Shown here: piece by piece, positions 59,480 through 64,000 of the stretch
How the letters are laid out: each line of letters begins with the position of its first letter
How positions within the stretch are numbered: the stretch's first letter is position 1
Source of the DNA: Pseudomonadota bacterium
GTDB taxonomy: Bacteria; Pseudomonadota; Alphaproteobacteria; UBA1280; JAAZVW01
Reading direction: 5' to 3'
Length of the DNA: 64,000 nt
Assembly (NCBI GenBank): GCA_018623135.1
Contig: JAAZVW010000001.1
Span: 23,024-87,023 of the forward strand
Translations under genes and position numbers: made by a program
The notes under the pieces: generated by a model
What the model was told of the DNA's origin: nothing
Seen by the model: only the letters and a program-made list of their open reading frames with translations
The model's database searches: none

Positions 59480-61069
59480 ATGCTTAAATTCCCATTATGG
59501 AAAAAAATCGCAATTTTTTCTGTGCTTGTTTTTGGTTTAGTTAACGCTCTACCAAACGTACTTTCAGAAAAAGCCATTACAAACTTACCGTCATTTTTAC
59601 CTAAAGATAAGATCAATTTAGGTCTAGATTTGCAAGGTGGTTCTCATTTAGTGTTGGAGGTTGATGTGGATGCAGCTTTCTTACAAGCGAATGAAAACCT
59701 TGAAGATGATATCAGGAATGTATTGCGCCGTAAGGGTGAGCGTATCGGTTATCGTGGTTTAAAATCAGATAAGTCGGAAGTTTCTTTCTTAGTTACAAAT
59801 ATTGCAAACGCAGAAGAAGCTTATAAGCGTTTACGTAAAGAAATTTCGCGTGAATATTATATTGAACGTGAAAATGCTGCTTTTAAGATTTACTTAACGG
59901 ATGACGCTAAGTTAAATAAAGAGCGTTATGCGTTAGAACAAACTCTAGAAATTTTACGTTCTCGTGTGGATGAATTTGGTGTTTCTGAACCTGTGATACA
60001 ACGCCAAGGTACGCGCCGTATTATTATTGAGCTTCCGGGTGTTGAGGATGCAAGCCGTGCAAAATCTATTATAGGTCGTACAGCTATGCTTTCATTCCAC
60101 TTGGTGGATACACGTATGACAGCGGAAGAGGCGATGCGTCGCCGTGCACCAGCAGGTACAAAAATTTATTATGAACAAGTTGTGTCTGGGGATGGTCAGG
60201 TATACGAAATACCCTACTTACTGAAGCGTCGTCCAGCCCTTACTGGTGAAAACTTAAATTCAGCTTCTGCAGGTTTTGATGAATCTAACCGTCCAGCTAT
60301 TTTTATTGGTTTTGATACACGCGGTACTCGCAAGTTTGCAGACCTTACTACAAAACATGTCGGCGAACGCATGGCCATTGTGCTTGATGGTAAAGTCTAT
60401 TCAGCACCAAATCTACGTGAGCCTATTTTAGGCGGTAATGCTTCTATTACAGGTAGTTTTAGTGTGAAAGAAACAGAAGACCTCGCCGCTATTTTGCGTG
60501 CAGGTGCGCTACCAGCCCCAGTTAAAGTTATTGAAGAACGCACAATAGGTCCTTCATTAGGTGCAGATTCTGTGAATGCTGGTACAACAGCCGTGGCTTT
60601 AGGTTTTATAGCTGTGCTGGTTGTTATGGTTTTATTTTACCTAGGTTTTGGCTTAGCTGCAAATATGGCCTTGCTTGCTAATGTTGTACTTATTGTCGGT
60701 GTCATGACTGCTTTAGGCGCAACACTTACATTGCCTGGTATTGCAGGCATTGTACTTACGATTGGTATGGCGGTAGATGCAAACGTACTTATTTTTGAGC
60801 GTATTAGAGAAGAAACACGTGCAGGCCGCAAACCTACTAGAGCTTTAGAAGAAGGTTTTAAATCGGCATTTGGTACAATTCTGGATGCCAATATCACAAC
60901 GCTTATTGCAGCGGTGGTGTTATTTGCTATTGGTTCTGGTCCAATTAAAGGTTTTGCACTTACATTAAGCGTAGGTATCGCAACCTCTATTTTCACAGCG
61001 ACAATGGTAACAAGGTTTATTCTTGTTGCTTGGATAAAAACAGTTAAGCCTAAAAAACTTAAAGCTTAA
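59480..61069 (+). CDS. secD: Protein translocase subunit SecD
   Basis: LGLDLQGG, GVSEP.IQ, IGPSLG, LTLPGIAG, AVDANVLIFERIREE. Confidence 0.97.
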   Translation: MLKFPLWKKIAIFSVLVFGLVNALPNVLSEKAITNLPSFLPKDKINLGLDLQGGSHLVLEVDVDAAFLQANENLEDDIRNVLRRKGERIGYRGLKSDKSEVSFLVTNIANAEEAYKRLRKEISREYYIERENAAFKIYLTDDAKLNKERYALEQTLEILRSRVDEFGVSEPVIQRQGTRRIIIELPGVEDASRAKSIIGRTAMLSFHLVDTRMTAEEAMRRRAPAGTKIYYEQVVSGDGQVYEIPYLLKRRPALTGENLNSASAGFDESNRPAIFIGFDTRGTRKFADLTTKHVGERMAIVLDGKVYSAPNLREPILGGNASITGSFSVKETEDLAAILRAGALPAPVKVIEERTIGPSLGADSVNAGTTAVALGFIAVLVVMVLFYLGFGLAANMALLANVVLIVGVMTALGATLTLPGIAGIVLTIGMAVDANVLIFERIREETRAGRKPTRALEEGFKSAFGTILDANITTLIAAVVLFAIGSGPIKGFALTLSVGIATSIFTATMVTRFILVAWIKTVKPKKLKA

Positions 61070-61093
61070 ATAAAGTTAAGGAGAATATTAACC

Positions 61094-62032
61094 ATGTTAC
61101 GTCTTGTACCAACACATACAAACTTTGACTTTATTGGTAAACGCATTATGTTTGTTGGCCTATCTGTTTTTATGATTATGGCAACAGCTGTGCTTTTGGC
61201 TCTTAAAGGCTTAAATTATGGTATTGATTTTTCAGGCGGTACGCTTGTGCAACTTCAGCTACAGCAGCCAACAGAAATATCTAAAATGCGCGATGCATTA
61301 TCAGAAGCAGGTTTTAGCCCTGTTATCCAAGAATACGGTAGCCCAACCGAAGTTCTAGTAAGGCTTCCAGCTAAAGAAACAGAAGGTATGAATGATACCA
61401 TTGCACAGCAAATTAGTAATGCTGTTGCAACAGTTTCAGGCAGTGCAGAAGTGCGCCGTGTAGAATTTGTCGGCCCACAAATTGGTGAAGAGCTTAAAGA
61501 GAAAGGGCTCCTTGCAACTGTTGTTTCTCTTATCGCTATTTTGGTTTATGTAAGTGCACGATTTGAACTGCGTTTTGCTGTAGGTGCAATTGCAGCACTT
61601 GCGCATGATGTAATTATTACCGTAGGTGTTTTTTCGTTAACGCAGAAGGAAATTAGCTTACCTGTGCTTGCGGCAATTTTAACAATTATTGGTTATTCAT
61701 TAAATGATACGATTGTTGTATTTGATCGTATTCGTGAAACGATGCAAAAATATAAAAAACTTGCCTTTGCAGAAATTTTAAACTTAAGCGTAAATTCTAT
61801 GCTAAGCCGTACACTTATGACATCCCTCACAACACTTGTTGTGTTGGCTATGCTATTTATGTTTGGCGGTGAAGTTATTCATGATTTTGCTTTTGCATTA
61901 TTATTTGGTGTAATTGTAGGTACATATTCATCTATATTTGTAGCAGCACCTGTCGTGATGTGGCTTGAGGGTAAATTAAAAATTAATTTAGAAGATGATG
62001 ACGATGAGGGCTTTTCATCTATCGATGCATAA
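61094..62032 (+). CDS. secF: Protein translocase subunit SecF
   Basis: GIDFSGG, VGPQIG.EL, GYSLNDTIVVFDRIRE, GTYSS. Confidence 0.97.
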   Translation: MLRLVPTHTNFDFIGKRIMFVGLSVFMIMATAVLLALKGLNYGIDFSGGTLVQLQLQQPTEISKMRDALSEAGFSPVIQEYGSPTEVLVRLPAKETEGMNDTIAQQISNAVATVSGSAEVRRVEFVGPQIGEELKEKGLLATVVSLIAILVYVSARFELRFAVGAIAALAHDVIITVGVFSLTQKEISLPVLAAILTIIGYSLNDTIVVFDRIRETMQKYKKLAFAEILNLSVNSMLSRTLMTSLTTLVVLAMLFMFGGEVIHDFAFALLFGVIVGTYSSIFVAAPVVMWLEGKLKINLEDDDDEGFSSIDA

Positions 62033-62084
62033 GTTATTATTGTTTAAATATTTTTCAGATAAGAAAAAGAAGTAAGGAAATATT

Positions 62085-62702
62085 ATGGATTATAAAGTTC
62101 AGGAACATCTAAAACCAACTCGTTTACAAGGTATTTCAGAAGCACAGATCGATGATCACTGGAACCTATACGCTGCATATGTTGTGCAAACAAATGCATT
62201 AAAAAAGGAACTAGAAGAGCTTCGTGCAGAAGGTAAAGGTGGTACACCTAATTATGCCGATCGTCGCCGTCGTTTTGGTTTTGAATTTAATGGTATGGTG
62301 CTTCACGAATACTATTTCGCTAACTTAAAACATAATGTACCAGAAACAACAGCGGCTGATTTTATTGCAGCGGTTGAAAAATCTTTTGGCTCTTTTGATG
62401 CTTGGAAAGAAGATTTTATGGCAACAGGTAAGTCTCGTGGTATTGGTTGGGCTATTTGTGCAATGGACCCTGTAACAGGTGACTTGAACAACCACTTCGT
62501 ACAATTACATGAAGATGGTAATATTGCTGGTTTTAACCCTGTTTTAGTTATGGACTGCTGGGAACACGCTTATATGGTGGACCACAAAGCAGGTGGCCGC
62601 CCTGATTACATTAACGCCTTTTTCGGTAATGTTGCTTGGGATGTTGTAAACCGTCGCTTCCGCGATGCACAATCAAAACACGCTTCTATTCGTAATATTT
62701 AG
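62085..62702 (+). CDS. Fe/Mn superoxide dismutase family (ChrC-like branch)
   Basis: H..LY..YV, LHEYYF, DCWEHAY. Confidence 0.88.
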   Translation: MDYKVQEHLKPTRLQGISEAQIDDHWNLYAAYVVQTNALKKELEELRAEGKGGTPNYADRRRRFGFEFNGMVLHEYYFANLKHNVPETTAADFIAAVEKSFGSFDAWKEDFMATGKSRGIGWAICAMDPVTGDLNNHFVQLHEDGNIAGFNPVLVMDCWEHAYMVDHKAGGRPDYINAFFGNVAWDVVNRRFRDAQSKHASIRNI

Positions 62703-62714
62703 TTGTGTGCTGTT

Positions 62715-62742
62715 AAAAAAGGGGCTTCAATGCCCCTTTTTT
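62715..62742 (+). terminator. Intrinsic terminator
   Basis: AAAAAAGGGGC-TTCAAT-GCCCCTTTTTT. Confidence 0.85.
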
Positions 62743-62798
62743 ATTGTATTAAAATATTATTATTGTTAATGTTTTTTTGAAATTAATTCCTTTTTTAG

Positions 62799-63473
62799 GT
62801 GAATCTTATGACTGCTTATAAACCTCTCTTTATTTCTGTTGAAGGTGTTGATGGTTCAGGTAAATCAACACAAATTCGTATGTTAAATGAAAAACTTTTA
62901 AGCTTAGGTATTTCGGTTGTTTTAACACGTGAGCCTGGTGGGGTAGCGGTTGCAGAAGAAATTCGCAACCTGCTTTTAAAAGGCGATAGTGATAAGTTTG
63001 ATGCAAAATCAGAAGCGATGCTGTTTTATACAGCGCGTAATGAACATTTGCGCCAACTTATTTTACCATCATTAGAAGAAGGTAAAATTGTTCTTAGTGA
63101 CCGTTTTGCAGATAGTACGATGGCTTTTCAACATTATGGCCGTGGTTTTGATCGCAACTTTATTGATTTACTACACCAGCAAACTGTAGGCGATAATAAC
63201 CCTGACCTTACCCTTATTTTTATGATTTCTGCAGATGAAGCGCATAATCGTGCTCTTGCACGTATGTCTGCTGTGGCAGGTGCAGAAGATCGTATGGAAA
63301 AAGAAGGTGTTGAATTCCAAAAACGTATTGCCAAAGGCTTTAAAGAAATTGCTCAGCAAAACCCAGAGCGTTGCGTTATTATTAATGCAGAAGGCTCGGT
63401 AGAAGAGGTGGCAGAACGTGTCTGGTCTGTTGTTTCTAAACGTTTAGAGCTGAAAGATAGCTCAATTGCTTAA
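62799..63473 (+). CDS. tmk: Thymidylate kinase
   Basis: EGVDGSGKSTQ, TREPGG, SDRF.DS..AFQ, PDLT, DRME. Confidence 0.96.
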   Translation: MNLMTAYKPLFISVEGVDGSGKSTQIRMLNEKLLSLGISVVLTREPGGVAVAEEIRNLLLKGDSDKFDAKSEAMLFYTARNEHLRQLILPSLEEGKIVLSDRFADSTMAFQHYGRGFDRNFIDLLHQQTVGDNNPDLTLIFMISADEAHNRALARMSAVAGAEDRMEKEGVEFQKRIAKGFKEIAQQNPERCVIINAEGSVEEVAERVWSVVSKRLELKDSSIA

Positions 63474-63849
63474 TTAAATTATAATCGTCGGAGCAGGTGG
63501 TGCATTAGGTGCAGTATTGCGCTACCTGCTAATGATTTCTATCGGCACATCAAGCTTCCCTTGGGCAACAATGACAGTGAACTTTATTGGTTCATTTGTA
63601 CTTGCGCTCCTTGTGGAAGCTTTTGCTTATTTTGCACCTGTATCGCAAGAAATCCGTTTGTTACTTGTAGTGGGCGTTTTAGGCTCGTTTACAACATTTT
63701 CTACGTTTAGTTTGGATAGTATTTCTTTAATTGAACGTGGCGATATAAAACAAGCCGCCTTATATATAGGCGGCTCGGTTATACTTTGCTTAACAGCTTT
63801 TTGGCTAGGTTTAAAGCTTTGTCGTTTGTTATTTAAGCAGATGCTTTAG
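63466..63849 (+). pseudogene. crcB: Fluoride channel FluC/CrcB with in-frame TAA at codon 4
   Basis: TTG CTT AAT TAA ATT ATA ATC GTC GGA... gives MLN*IIIVGAGGALGAVLRY; FPWAT..VN..GSF and G.LGSFTTFSTF intact. Confidence 0.7.
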
Positions 63850-64000
63850 CTTGTGCTTTTTGCCACTGTCGTTGCTTATTCTTGTCCATTTTACTTTTTA
63901 AGGCTTCTTCTAAATTTACATCACAAAGGTTTGCAAGTTCTGCTAAGTAGGTAAGTACATCTGCAAATTCATGAGCAAGAGCTTCTTCTTGTGTCGAATC
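63833..64000 (-). CDS. MazG-like nucleotide pyrophosphohydrolase, C-terminal part
   Basis: Manual translation ...ALAHEFADVLTYLAELANLCDVNLEEALKSKMDKNKQRQW. Confidence 0.8.
   Translation of the reverse strand, partial: DSTQEEALAHEFADVLTYLAELANLCDVNLEEALKSKMDKNKQRQWQKAQAKASA

Noticed and set aside
1..64000. CRISPR array, IS elements, rRNA; many short antisense ORFs in the track
   Set aside because: No regularly spaced repeats, transposase motifs or rRNA seen. The short ORFs lie opposite or inside well-supported genes.

Overview
AT-rich bacterial chromosome segment. Its gene order looks alphaproteobacterial: efp-suhB, tkt-gap-pgk-fba, zapA-ygfA-ymdB, tRNA-Cys/pcm/tolC, and erpA/dgt-[argS slot]-SPOR-nagZ-tatABC-serS-pcm-nlpD-yajC-secDF. 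It carries a type II secretion operon, a YfiR-like/TonB-receptor/chemoreceptor operon, a second chemoreceptor, a hybrid histidine kinase and three tRNAs. The stand-out is a compact, apparently intact ~13 kb podovirus-type virion module (30504-43489). It has TerS, P22-like TerL and portal, scaffold, N4-gp56/DUF4043-like capsid, adaptor, nozzle, tail fibre plus chaperone, GNAT, one ejection protein and an amidase/holin cassette. I saw no integrase, repressor, replication genes or att repeats. It is preceded by a Q-like HTH gene, a near-consensus sigma70 promoter and a terminator just after the predicted start site. The same promoter box plus terminator recurs 2.45 kb upstream. This reads as a candidate domesticated, antitermination-controlled, short-tailed gene transfer agent (inference). 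Other oddities: a mini argS relic, a SuhB lacking catalytic residues, a secretin with an OmpA-like tail, no 6S RNA in its usual slot, and an in-frame stop in fluC. All family calls come from motif recognition by eye; no database searches were run.
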